Below, piece by piece: positions 27,701 to 38,149 of a DNA stretch of 64,000 nucleotides. Both the position numbers and the translations under genes were made by a program. Source of the stretch: Mobula hypostoma (taxonomy: Eukaryota); assembly GCF_963921235.1 (NCBI RefSeq), contig NC_086097.1, forward strand, positions 71,116,001 to 71,180,000. Reading direction: 5' to 3'. The notes under the pieces were generated by a model. That model was not told where the DNA came from. It worked only from the letters and a program-made list of their open reading frames with translations, and did not search any database. Each line of letters opens with the position of its first letter. The first letter of the stretch is position 1.

Positions 27701-28812
27701 CAGCCTCGCCTCGCCTCAAGTCTCCAGCCTCCAGCCTCGCCTCAAGTCTCCAGCCTCCAGCCTCGCTTCGCCTCGTCTCCAGCCTCCATCCTCGCCTCGC
27801 CTCAAGTCTCCAGCCTCCATCCTCGCCTCGCCTCAAGTCTCCAGCCTCCATCCTCGCCTTGCCTCAAGTCTCCAGCCTCCAGCCTCGCCTCAAGCCTCAA
27901 GCCTCCAGCCTCGCCTCAAGCCTCCAGCCTCCAGCCTCGCCTCAAGCCTCCAGCCTCCAGCCTCGCCTCGCCTCAAGACTCCAGCCTCCAGCCTCGCCTC
28001 GCCTCAAGACTCCAGCCTCCAGCCTCGCCTCGCCTCAAGCCTCCAGCCTCCAGCCTCGCCTCGCCTCAAGCCTCCAGCCTCCAGCCTCGCCTCGCCTCAA
28101 GTCTCCAGCCTCCAGCCTCGCCTCGCCTCAAGTCTCCAGCCTCCAGCCTCGCCTCGCCTCAAGTCTCCAGCCTCCAGCCTCGCCTCGCCTCAAGTCTCCA
28201 GCCTCCAGCCTCGCCTCGCCTCAAGTCTCCAGCCTCCAGCCTCGCCTCGCCTCAAGTCTCCAGCCTCGCCTCGCCTCAAGTCTCCAGCCTCCAGCCTCCA
28301 GCCTCGCCTCAAGTCTCCAGCCTCCAGCCTCGCCTCGCCTCAAGTCTCCAGCCTCCAGCCTCAAGCCTCCAGCCTCCAGCCTTGCCTCCAGCCTCCAGCC
28401 TTGCCTCAAGCCTCCAGCCTCCAGCCTTGCCTCAAGCCTCCAGCCTCCAGCCTCGCCTCAAGCCTCCAGCCTCCAGCCTCCAGCCTCCAGCCTCTTGCCT
28501 AGCCAAGCCAAGTCTCTAGCCTCTAGCTTCTAGCCTGAAGACTCCTGCCTTGTCCTGCTTGCCTGCCTGCCAAGCCTCGTCCTTGCCTAGTTCTGGGGTC
28601 CGACCCAGAGGTAAGATCCAGGTACTGGGTCCTTGTCCAGTCTCTGGCTCGGAGTCCAAGCCCGGGCTCCTAGCTTTCTTGTTCAGTCCTGTTCCAGGTT
28701 CCTGGTTTTCCTGTCCATGTCCTTGCCATCACCCTGTATCCTAGTCCTGTCCCTAGTACTTCAGTGTCTAGTCTTGCACTTGGGTCCGTTCCCAGCCACC
28801 GCCCTTATGACA
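24748..28812 (+). mobile_element. Solo LTR-like element expanded by an internal satellite
   Basis: Ends (A)GTCAT...ATGACA (inverted termini, first base mutated); 5-bp duplication TTCAG at 24743-24747 and 28813-28817; ATAAATA TATA-like motif near 24887; TGCACTTGGGTCC near the right end. Confidence 0.75.
25253..28530. repeat. ~3.3-kb compound tandem repeat; dominant 31-bp unit GCCTCCA-GCCTC-GCCTC-GCCTCAA-GTCTCCA
   Basis: Read directly; built from 5- and 7-nt GCCTC-core modules. Confidence 0.97.
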
Positions 28813-29532
28813 TTCAGACTATCCTGGTGTGAGACAAAGTGTAGCGGGATGATGAGTCTGTGGCAGGAGATAGAAGAGGGCTCTGTGAGATTGGAGCATT
28901 TAAGGTTGGACTCTGTGGAGGGAAGGCCCAAAGAAATGAGTCCATGAATGTCTGTCCGACCGTGGTCCAGAAAGAGGCAGGAGGATTTGTCACTGAGCAG
29001 ATACTTGACCTCTGAGATGGAAGTCAGTTTGCCAGGCCACAGCAACACCTTCCTTATCAGAAGATTTGATGACACCACAGCTGGTTCTTAGTGAACAGAG
29101 TGATGCAAGTTCAAAAGAGGGCAAATTAAAGTGAGCAGGTGTAACGGCATAGTCAAGATGGTTAATGTTGAGGTGGTTAGCAATAAATAGATGTAAAGAG
29201 AATAAGAGTGCAAGGGAGGAAGGAAGGTAGGTTGGCAATTCTGGAGATTGGAGAAGGGGTCCACTTTTGGAAAGAGGAGTTAATACAAAGCCAGAGACAA
29301 CGGAAGAATTCAATAACATATCACAATTGGTATTCATTGTGATGGGGAGGTATGGTGATGATGCCTCTGCTGAAGACTGATAGTTAGGGATCAGAGTGAG
29401 GAAGATTGGAAATGATGGTCAAAACATTGTAAGGTGGGGGTGGTAAAAGAGATAGTTAGATGAAAAAAAGTGGAGGAAGGGTAGATGGAGTTTGAAGTTT
29501 GGATCTGTTGAAGATTATAATCTTTGACATTT

Positions 29533-29722
29533 AGAACATAAGACATAGGAGCAGAATTAGGTCATTTGTCCCAGTAAGACTACCTTGCCATTCAATCATG
29601 GTTGATTTACATTTCCTCTCAACCCCATTCCCCTGCCTTCACCCCCGTAACCTTTGATGCCCTTACTAACCAAGAACCTACAACCTCCACCGTTGTCCAT
29701 GGCAATGATTCCACAGATTCTC
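29533..29722 (-). mobile_element. CR1 LINE 3' fragment
   Basis: AGAACATAAGACATAGGAGCAGAATTAGG tail; same family as 39862-40115. Confidence 0.75.
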
Positions 29723-30916
29723 GAGTTTGACTTCTGCAAGGAATTTCCTAATTTTAGTCCTTTCACTAATTTGGAACTCTGCTTTAGTATCTTGCTTTCA
29801 TAGTTCAGTCTTTCAAATCTTTATGTACTACAAGGCTTATAATCTCTCATGCTTCTCTTTAGGGTGATAACATTAGATACATCTTCTTAGTGTTCAAACT
29901 GTCAGTCATTCCTCACACATCAGACCTCCAATGCTCCATAAATGGTCTGCTAGCCTCAATGACCCTTTCCTGTATTCCCTGTATTTTAACTCATAAAGGA
30001 GAAAAATGTTATTCTTTTAAGAGCTAGCATTAAAACAGTGGAGTGATGGAGAAAGAGTGTAAAGTAAGCTGAAAATGAATAAGCAGTATTAAAGACAATA
30101 GGGAATATGAGACATTTACAAGGAAAGAACAGAATATCACAAGTTGTACTGATAGACAGTACTCCAAATGGCATTAACACTTTCACATTGGTGTCTAGGG
30201 CATTTGTTATCACCAGCACCTAGGCCATCATGTACGTTGCTATGATACAACATGTCTACATATGAAAAGGCACTGCTGTACTATAAATGTATGAATTTTG
30301 CATTACAGATGATTGTGCATTCAAGGTCAGAATATCACTGTTGGGACAAATGGTTTCTACAATGCTGACAATCAGCACCATACCTGTTATTACTATTACA
30401 TGCATGAATGTAATTAATTTTATTGTTTAAAATTAAATACAAATATTTGCACTCAGCAATTAATCATCCACGCCAATTTTTGTAAATTAAGACTCTAAAG
30501 ATTCGGACTTGGTTTTTCAATCTGCAATCTATAGCAGTAATAAAATAAACAGGAAGCAAGTTTGCCATGAATTTACCTAAAACATAAAAAACTAATGAAT
30601 AACAACTTATCTGTACCTCCAAAGATGAGCACTTTAATATACTTTTTCAATTTCTGTTAATTTACAAACCTTCTGTGTCTACAACTAATATGAATATCTG
30701 TGCATCAGACAACTGATAAAATTTAGATCAATTCATTGTCAATTTAAAGCAATAATTATCCCCAGTCTGCTTCTGGTGTAAAACTAGCTACAAAAAATCT
30801 GTTATTTCCCTGTGATAAAAAGTAATATTACCCATGACTTTGAGAACAACTACAACAATACACTCAGTGGCCACTTTATTAGGTACACCCATATACAGGC
30901 TCACTAAGACAAATTG

Positions 30917-31115
30917 TGTGGTGATATCAGGTGCAATGATGTGCCAGTACCTGATTGGACAGCACTGAGCGTGCGCGGCGTTTGCCAGAGTGTAGCAGCA
31001 TGTGGCGGGGTTAAGATGTGTTTGTTTATTTCTGTAAGTAAAAGTTCTCTAATTCTTCCAGAATATGATTCTTTGTTGTTAACCCACGGAATGTTTAAAT
31101 AGAAGTAAAATAACA
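30917..31115 (+). repeat. 5' LTR
   Basis: TGTGG...TAACA; ungapped match to 32828-33026 with about 15 mismatches by hand count. Confidence 0.95.
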
Positions 31116-31129
31116 TGGTGTCAGAGGTG
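31116..31129 (+). promoter_or_regulatory. Primer-binding site, tRNA-Leu-like
   Basis: TGGTGTCAGAGGTG directly after the 5' LTR; resembles the TGGTGTCAGAAGTG PBS of fish Gypsy elements. Confidence 0.8.
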
Positions 31130-31211
31130 CTTTTGGAAGAATAATACAGGAGAATCGAAAATCGAAGATAATCGGAAAAAAAAGAAAAAAGTTCGAACAA
31201 TAATTGGTGAA

Positions 31212-31977
31212 ATGGAAGGTTTACAAGCCCCACAAAAATTGCATCTGACTGGGAATGTAGCTGAGAATTGGAGGATATTCAAGCAACAGTTTGAGATATA
31301 TTTATTGGCCCTTGGAGCTGATAGAAAAACAGACAAAGTCAAAGCGGCAATCCTGCTCCATGTAATCGTGACTGATGCAGTAGAGGTATACAATAATTTT
31401 GTCTTTGAAGATGGAGATAATTTCAATTTAAGGTTGATAACGGACAGATTTGAAGTATTTTGTATGCCGAGGCGTAACTTAACGTATGAGCGATACAAAT
31501 TATTCACGTGGGCGCAGAAGGCTGCTGAAACAATTAATCAGTATGTTACGAAGTTAAGAAAGCGTAGTAGAATGTGCGAGTTCGGATTGCTCACGGAATC
31601 GCTTATTAAAGATAGACTGGTTTGTGGCATTTGAGATAATGCTCTGAGAGAGGCTTTTGCGTGAGCAAGATTTAAATTTTGAACAAGCTTTCGCGCTCTG
31701 CAAAGCTACTGAGACTGTAAAGTGACAAACTGAAGAGCTTTTTGTTGATAACTACAATGTAAATGCTATAAAAAAAAGCACAAATATATCAAGAAATATA
31801 ATAATACGTCGACAAAACCAATAGAAAGCAAGAGGGCATTTGAAAAAAAAGTAATGTGATCGCTGTGCGCGGGAACATAGTCCAAATCAGTGTTTTGTAA
31901 ATGGCAAACTTTGCTATAACTGTGGTAAGATTACTCATTTTTCGTGCTGATGTAGAAGTAGAAAGAAGGAAAATGAA
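31212..31977 (+). pseudogene. Gypsy gag, disrupted
   Basis: GNVAENWRIFKQQFEIYL, YERYKLF, ETINQYVTKLR, CEFG..LIKDRLVCGI; frameshift at ~31650, then RLLREQDL and zinc knuckles CDRCAREHSPNQC and CYNCGKITHFSC*C; five in-frame stops. Confidence 0.9.
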
Positions 31978-32637
31978 ATGAAACAAGTAAATGCAGTGAT
32001 TGAAGATGAATGTGAGGAAGTTTATATAGATGTGCTTTATGATAATGCTGACATGGAGAATATAAAAGCAGTAGCTGCAGTGTCTGAGACGACCAAACAG
32101 GAGGCAATTAATGATGTGAAAAAGCAATGGCAGGAAGAGGTTGCTTCAATGCAAACAATAATGAAAGAGACACTGAGAGATTATGAGATTCAGTCTAATC
32201 ACCGACTAGAGCAAGAACGCTCACAGTGGGCACAGTATAAGCAAGAAGTGAAAGCTCAAGTAACGGAATTGAGAAGTTTTATTGAAATGAAGTCTCAGCA
32301 TAAAAAAGAGATTACACAGTTAATGAGTGAATTAGATGAAGAAAAGAAGATTCATATTTCATTACAAATGGAAATGGACGGAATTAGGAAAGATACAGTC
32401 CAAACAGAAGCAGGGAAGCAGATTACTGAGGGGGATAGCGTGAAGTGCTTACCTGAAATTCCAGATTCTAACCCGGAGGCATGTGAGAGTATACCAAAAA
32501 GTTTAGTTGAGATACATGAAAAGCTTAAAGCAGCAAAGAAGAAGGAAGAGAAGAAGTACAAGAAGAGTCATGGCCCAGATAGCGAAGAGCCAACTTCAGA
32601 GTTTCAGTTAGCTGATATAGATTTGTTTATTGATTAA
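31978..32637 (+). CDS. 219-aa open frame continuous with the gag zinc-knuckle frame; chimeric coiled-coil cargo
   Basis: Gag linker ([17 protein letters not shown]), then RABEP1-like, SH3KBP1-like and unidentified segments; no stops; expression unknown. Confidence 0.7.
   Translation: MKQVNAVIEDECEEVYIDVLYDNADMENIKAVAAVSETTKQEAINDVKKQWQEEVASMQTIMKETLRDYEIQSNHRLEQERSQWAQYKQEVKAQVTELRSFIEMKSQHKKEITQLMSELDEEKKIHISLQMEMDGIRKDTVQTEAGKQITEGDSVKCLPEIPDSNPEACESIPKSLVEIHEKLKAAKKKEEKKYKKSHGPDSEEPTSEFQLADIDLFID
32047..32241 (+). pseudogene. RABEP1: Captured Rabaptin-5 N-terminal coiled-coil fragment
   Basis: [65 protein letters not shown] aligns without gaps to recalled human AEMENIKAIATVSENTKQEAIDEVKRQWREEVASLQAVMKETVRDYEHQFHLRLEQERTQWAQYR. 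Confidence 0.92.
32245..32391 (+). pseudogene. SH3KBP1: Captured CIN85 C-terminal coiled-coil fragment
   Basis: [49 protein letters not shown] aligns to recalled human [50 protein letters not shown]; closer than to CD2AP. Confidence 0.88.
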
Positions 32638-32814
32638 TGCTGTTACTTATTTTTTCTTTTTAAGGAAAAGAGGATGTGATTCTTCAGAGATTCAGTTAAA
32701 GGATGCAGACGAGACAAAACATGTAAGTAATAACAAGTAAGTCCACAGAGAGACTGATTGAGACTTGTTGAATTATGTTTTTGCTTTGATTAATGTTCTT
32801 TATTTTTTCTTTTT

Positions 32815-32827
32815 AAGGAAGGGAAGA
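32815..32827 (+). promoter_or_regulatory. Polypurine tract
   Basis: AAGGAAGGGAAGA abutting the 3' LTR. Confidence 0.85.
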
Positions 32828-33026
32828 TGTGGTGTTATCAGGTGCAATGATGTGCCAGTTCCTGATTGGACAGCACTGAGCAGGCGCAGGGTTTGCCAGA
32901 GTGTAGCAGCATGTGGCGGGGTTAAGATGTGTTTGTTTATTTCTGTAAATAAAAGTTCTCTTATTCTTCCACAGTATGATTCTTTGTTGTTAACCCATGG
33001 AATGATTAAATAGAAGTAACATAATG
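32828..33026 (+). repeat. 3' LTR
   Basis: Direct repeat of 30917-31115 containing AATAAA; terminal CA reads TG. Confidence 0.95.
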
Positions 33027-34329
33027 AATTGTAAAGCAGCCAATCATGTTGCAGCAACTCAATGTATAAACGCATTCAAACATGTTCAAAAGGTTCAGTT
33101 ATTATTCAGCCCAAACAGCAGAATGGAGTCCAAATGTGATCTAAGTGACTTTGATCGTTGGCATGATTGTTGGTGCCAGACAGGGTGATTTGAGTATCTC
33201 AGAAACTGCTGACCTCCTGGGATTTTCATACACAACAGTCTCTAGAGTTTACAGAGAATGGTAGAAAAAACAAAACAAAAAAATAAGAAACATACAGTGC
33301 ATGGCAGTTCTGTGGGTGAAAAAGCCTTGTTAATGAGAGAGGTCAGAGGAGAATGGCCAGTTTGGTTCAAGCTGACAGTAACTCAAATACCCACATGGTT
33401 GGTGTGCTGAAGAGCATCTCTGAATGCACAACATGTGGAACCTTGAAGTGGATGGGCTACAGCAGCAGACACCCATGAACATGCAGTCAGCGAACACTTC
33501 ATTAGCTACAGAAGGTGGCCACTGAGTGTACAGATGGAAACAGGATATGAATACCGTGTACAGATAGGAAGACCAATATTAGATTAAGTCTGCAGACTGT
33601 AATTCTCCTTACTTTGCTTCAATACACTTTATCAAGCCCTTGCCCAGTGGCTCAGTAGATTTATATTGTGATCAGATGGATAAACTGCGGTTCAGAAAGA
33701 TTCCTGCAGCTAAATTGGATAGCCTGTGAGAATGAACATTATGTGCAATTAAACCTCGTTGGTTGATTCTGATGAATATACCATAGCAAGCTCTGCTAGC
33801 CATGCTGTTATCAGCTCAGCAGTGGGCATAATTTTGTGGATAACTAGCATAAGATACAAACTGGTCTGGACTATTTGAGGTAAACCAATACATGGGAAGT
33901 ACACTGTGTCTGCTGCAGGTGCTGGCAGACAATCTATAACGCAGTCCACATTGAGAGAGAGAGAGAGGGGACCCCCTATTTTCAATCATTGCACTGGAGG
34001 ACCTATGGAGGACCAGAGTGTGAGAGATTTCTTACTTCCATAGTGCCATCTAAGGGCCTCCTGACACATACAGTAGAAGTGTTGAAAAATGTTGATTTTT
34101 GGTTCTGCATACCAAAATCTTCCATGGGAATGGCCCTCAAAAGTGGCTTTGATTTTAAACTTGGAGCTCCCTAAAAAAGGATGTTGTATACAGCTTGCCA
34201 ATTCAGTCATGTACAAGTCATAAAGCAAAGTGACATACAGGTAGATATCTCCTCAACATTTTGCTCCTGCCTGCCTCTTACCTGCGCTATAAACAGAGCC
34301 CTAAATGATATGTGCACTGAGTGCCAGAG

Positions 34330-34560
34330 CTACTAAAGTCACATGGGTTTCCTCCAGGTGCTGCAGTATCCACCCACATCCCAAGGATGACTCAGTTTAT
34401 TGGTTAACTGGCCACTGTAAATTGCTCCAAGTATGTAGGTGGGTGGTAGAATGCATGGGAAGTGGAGGATGTGGGGGAAATAAAACATGGGATTAACGTA
34501 GGATTAAAAAATGGGATTAATGTAGGATTAGTACAAGTGGGTGGAGAGTGGGCTGTATCT
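34330..34560 (+). mobile_element. V-SINE-like fragment
   Basis: GGGTTTCCTCCAGGTGCT...CCCACATCCCAA and TGGCCACTGTAAATTG, typical of the V-domain. Confidence 0.65.
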
Positions 34561-36299
34561 CTACAGTTATATCAACATTGAAACAACATGGCATACAAAT
34601 TGGTGCCATGATCTACCTACCTTGTAGATTTCAGGTGAGGGGTAACATTGCTGTTGCTAGCATATTCTTCTCAATATGCTGGCCAAGAAGATTAGGGTTA
34701 TAAATACGCACAAGGATGCCATATTGTACTCAATATGACATGTATGGTGTTCAAAATTCAGACACAATGCAAGTTTGCAGCCTATGCTAATTAATAATTC
34801 AGGAATATAAGTAACTATTTTAGTCATCGTGTATAGATTAATTACAAACAGCAAATACATAATTCAAAGTTTGTAAAGATTTTACAACCATTCGATACTA
34901 ATTAAAAACAATTGGGTTGCATAATGGAACTTTGCACTAGTCACGAGGACAGTGGGAAATATTATTTAAACCTTAATAGAATTAAGTGAAACCCACAGTC
35001 TATTACAGGACTGTGATTTGACAGACTCTCTGCAGGGAATCTTACATTAACAGGCGCACTGGTAATTAAATCATTTGTTACTTTATAATGTTCTAATGTT
35101 TCACATGTACTCTGTCAGTGCTCTCTGCCGAGATCAAAGCTAATCAAACGTAATCAATTTTCAGCATTTTGAAATCTGTGAATGATTATACATTCATCAG
35201 AGCATTTAGTGGAGTGCAGAAAAAGTGAAATGCATTTCATCTTCCAACATGTTGAAGAATTATCGCTACAGATTTCAATAGTTATAATTAATTTCACCAT
35301 CTCGCTGTGAATTTTGAGCACTTCTCTTGTAAGTTATCAACAATGATTTAATGTAAGTATTTACAAAGCAAACACTACAGTGAACTGCATAAATGAAAGC
35401 AGATGTGCAACAACAGTTATCAGAGTTCTCATTTACTTTATAATTGTTTTTTAATTTACCTGCAGTTAATTGACTGCAGTTAAATATAAAGCTTTCCCAC
35501 TGATACATGATTGTAGCTTTAATTGGGAGTGGAATGTGAGAAATAACTTCATGAAAATAATTTTGACATTTTTATAATTGTCAAAGGGCAGTGAAATTGG
35601 ATAATTTTCATAACAATCATTTTTGATATGTAAAGATACTTAAGAGTACCTCCTACATGATGTTACAAAGATACAGATGTTTTGCTTAAAAAAGTTAAAT
35701 TTAATTTCCAAACTTCATAGCAATTTTACATATTACAGGGAAACAAGTGTGAAGCTCCCCCATTAAAGGTGTTAAATCTCCAAGTGGATAATTGGATATA
35801 CATTTGAAGGAAAACAATTTGCAGGGCCCTATGGAAAGTATGAAGAGCTGGGTGTCATTGATAGTTCTTTCCAAAACCTTACAGATAGACTGAACAGGCT
35901 CCTTATGATGCAAGGAAATCAAGATGACTGGAATACTCTTTTATATAGGGGATGGAAAGCACACCACTAGAGATGTTTTCTAATCTAGTCTTCATAGCTT
36001 TGAGTACTCATTGCTTCTTTGGTTTGCGGACCACAGGATGTTAAGCCAATAAGCAGAGTAGAGCGTGGAACACTGTCTGCTCTGAACAAGTAATAAGTGG
36101 AGGCATTTTTGTTCAAATGGACAGCATATTATATAATATGGAAGATATATTTTTATAATAAAATTATAGGAGTGAGGGTAGAAAATGGAGTAAGAACATA
36201 GCCAGGAAGCAAGGGAGGTTAAGATTAAGTGTAAACATTTTTAGAACAGCGAGAAAGAGAGAGCCAAGAAAGTTTTGAAACTGCAGAATACATTAAACA

Positions 36300-36960
36300 A
36301 GTTAATGCTAAAGCTCTCATCCATGCCTTTGTCATATAACGCACTTTTGACTGGACTCTCCTATCTACATTCCCCAACACTGAAGCCTTCAGTATAGTAG
36401 TTAGATCCACATTACTTGAATGTGTAACATCAGACTCCTGAAATAGGCTCTAATCCAAGTTCTGTAACTGCAAGAGATTTCTAGGTGTTTGAGAGAATTG
36501 CTTTAAGAACATTTTCAAAATCTACTTGAAAAAGTACACCTTCTCCAACTTATGGCTACTGAAAATGGAGAAAAAGCACTTGGAGTGGTATTGCCTCTGC
36601 TTTGGGATCACCCAGAAATGCAGCATGAAATGGAGATGCAGAGCACCACCTCTCAAACCTGCCAGTTCTGTCAAGCACCTTCTGCTCCATCTGTGGCTGA
36701 ATCTCTAGGCCCTACATCAACCATAGAGCTGGAGTAGAACAAATTCATCCTCAATCACAAGCAATTGCCTGAGAAGATCTCTGTTAACAGGTACATCCAA
36801 AACCTCGCAACCTGTGCACTCACTCTCACTAAGTCATGTTCACCCGTTACTCCTGAGCTGGCTGACCTAGTTTGATTTCTAGTTAAGCAATGGGGCTGTT
36901 TCAAATTTCTCATTCTGGTTTATAAATCCTTCTTTAGTTTCATCCTTCTCTAGCTCAGTA
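36300..36960 (+). mobile_element. Old L2-like LINE remnants
   Basis: LIHAFV-like and KSCSPVTP.LADL-like traces of the L2 ORF2 C-terminus. Confidence 0.4.
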
Positions 36961-37469
36961 ATAACTCCCTGCTCTGTGGCAGTCCAAGATAAGAAAATAA
37001 CAACATATTAAATAAAAGTAAGAATAAGACACATGGCCCCTCATGCCTTCTCCATGGCCTTTTGCCTAAGTGACATTTTCAAGGGCCAACTCTATACCCT
37101 TTGATTTCCTTCATGTCCACAAATCTACTGATCATACAAGCCATCCCAGTTGATGAACAGGTTCTGTTTTCAGTCACCTTTCAGGTGATTCTGTCCATAA
37201 ACTGGAAAACACACACAAAAATCACTCAACACAGTACCCATACCATCAAAATATTTTAATGAATGGCACCAAAATGCATTAGGCTGTTAAGACAGAATCA
37301 TCAGTAAAATTTGAGAGAAGAAACCGGTTCTGCAGGCTTTTGGAAGGAATGGAAAAAGAAGAACGTCACAGTTTTGAATTTAATAATATGTGAGTTTTGT
37401 AGGTAGGGTTGTCTATAAATTAGTCATTCATAGCCTGGGTATAATTTGCACTCAGCAATGAGCCTCCAC

Positions 37470-37920
37470 TGTCCTCTTTGGAGTGGCAAATGTAGTAATC
37501 CAAAGATTACTACTTATGGAATGAAGTCTCTTCTCATCCCAGTCTTGAATGGTGGACTGTTTGTTTTGATTCTATGATCTCTGGTTCTAGACACTCCATC
37601 AAGGAGAAACATTATCCCTGCCTCTACCCTATTAAGCCTCATAAGAATTGTACATTCAAGCAGTGCTTGGAGGAGATTCTCCCAATGCAGGAACCATCAC
37701 TGTACTTCCTTTCACTGAAAATGTATTCTTCTTTACATAGAGAGAGCAGACCTGAAAAAATATTCCAGAAGCAGTCTCATCATTGAACTGTATAAATGCA
37801 GTAAAACATCTTTACACCTCTTCTCAAACCCTGTTGCAGTAATGGTCATCATGCTACTTCCCTTTCCAATTGTTTGCTGTACCTGTACATTAACTTTCAG
37901 AGATTTGTGCACAAGAACAT
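37470..37920 (-). mobile_element. Old CR1 remnant
   Basis: Minus-strand VQQ.I.K...M...I..GFE.R.KDVLLHLY (ORF 37733-38017). Confidence 0.65.
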
Positions 37921-38149
37921 TGAAGCTCTTCTGAAATTGATATTTAAAACACTGGAGAGTACAGTAGATCTCCCCCTTCTCTCCCCTGGTAGTTATAACC
38001 TCAATAATCTGACACATCGGTCATACATAATTTCCCTTTCATTAATCCATGTGCCAATCCTATTACTATTTTCCAAATGTCCTATTGCAGATTCTAAAAT
38101 GATATGTTATGGCATTTGCCTATTACCAATGTCAGGCTAACTTGTCACA

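Larger units (their letters stand above)
30917..33026 (+). mobile_element. Non-autonomous Gypsy-type LTR retroelement (gag plus captured host sequence, no pol)
   Basis: Two 199-bp LTRs, AATTG duplication at 30912-30916 and 33027-33031, PBS, PPT, gag with zinc knuckles; internal region only ~1.7 kb. Confidence 0.95.
30861..33528 (+). mobile_element. Tc1-derived non-autonomous element interrupted by an LTR element
   Basis: TA|CACTCAGTGGCCAC ... GTGGCCACTGAGTG|TA inverted ends; decayed transposase HTH start (KCDLSDFD...MIVGAR) near 33130-33260. Confidence 0.85.

Noticed and set aside
25253..28530. CRISPR-like array
   Set aside because: No unique spacers; pure tandem modules in eukaryotic DNA
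25153..28533. 1126-, 887- and 579-aa Ser/Pro-rich ORFs
   Set aside because: Artefact of the satellite: the plus strand of the unit has no stop triplet, and a 31-bp period yields the same 31-aa peptide in all three frames
31978..32637. Genuine host RABEP1 or SH3KBP1 exon
   Set aside because: The fragments come from two different genes, abut with no splice signals and lie between LTRs
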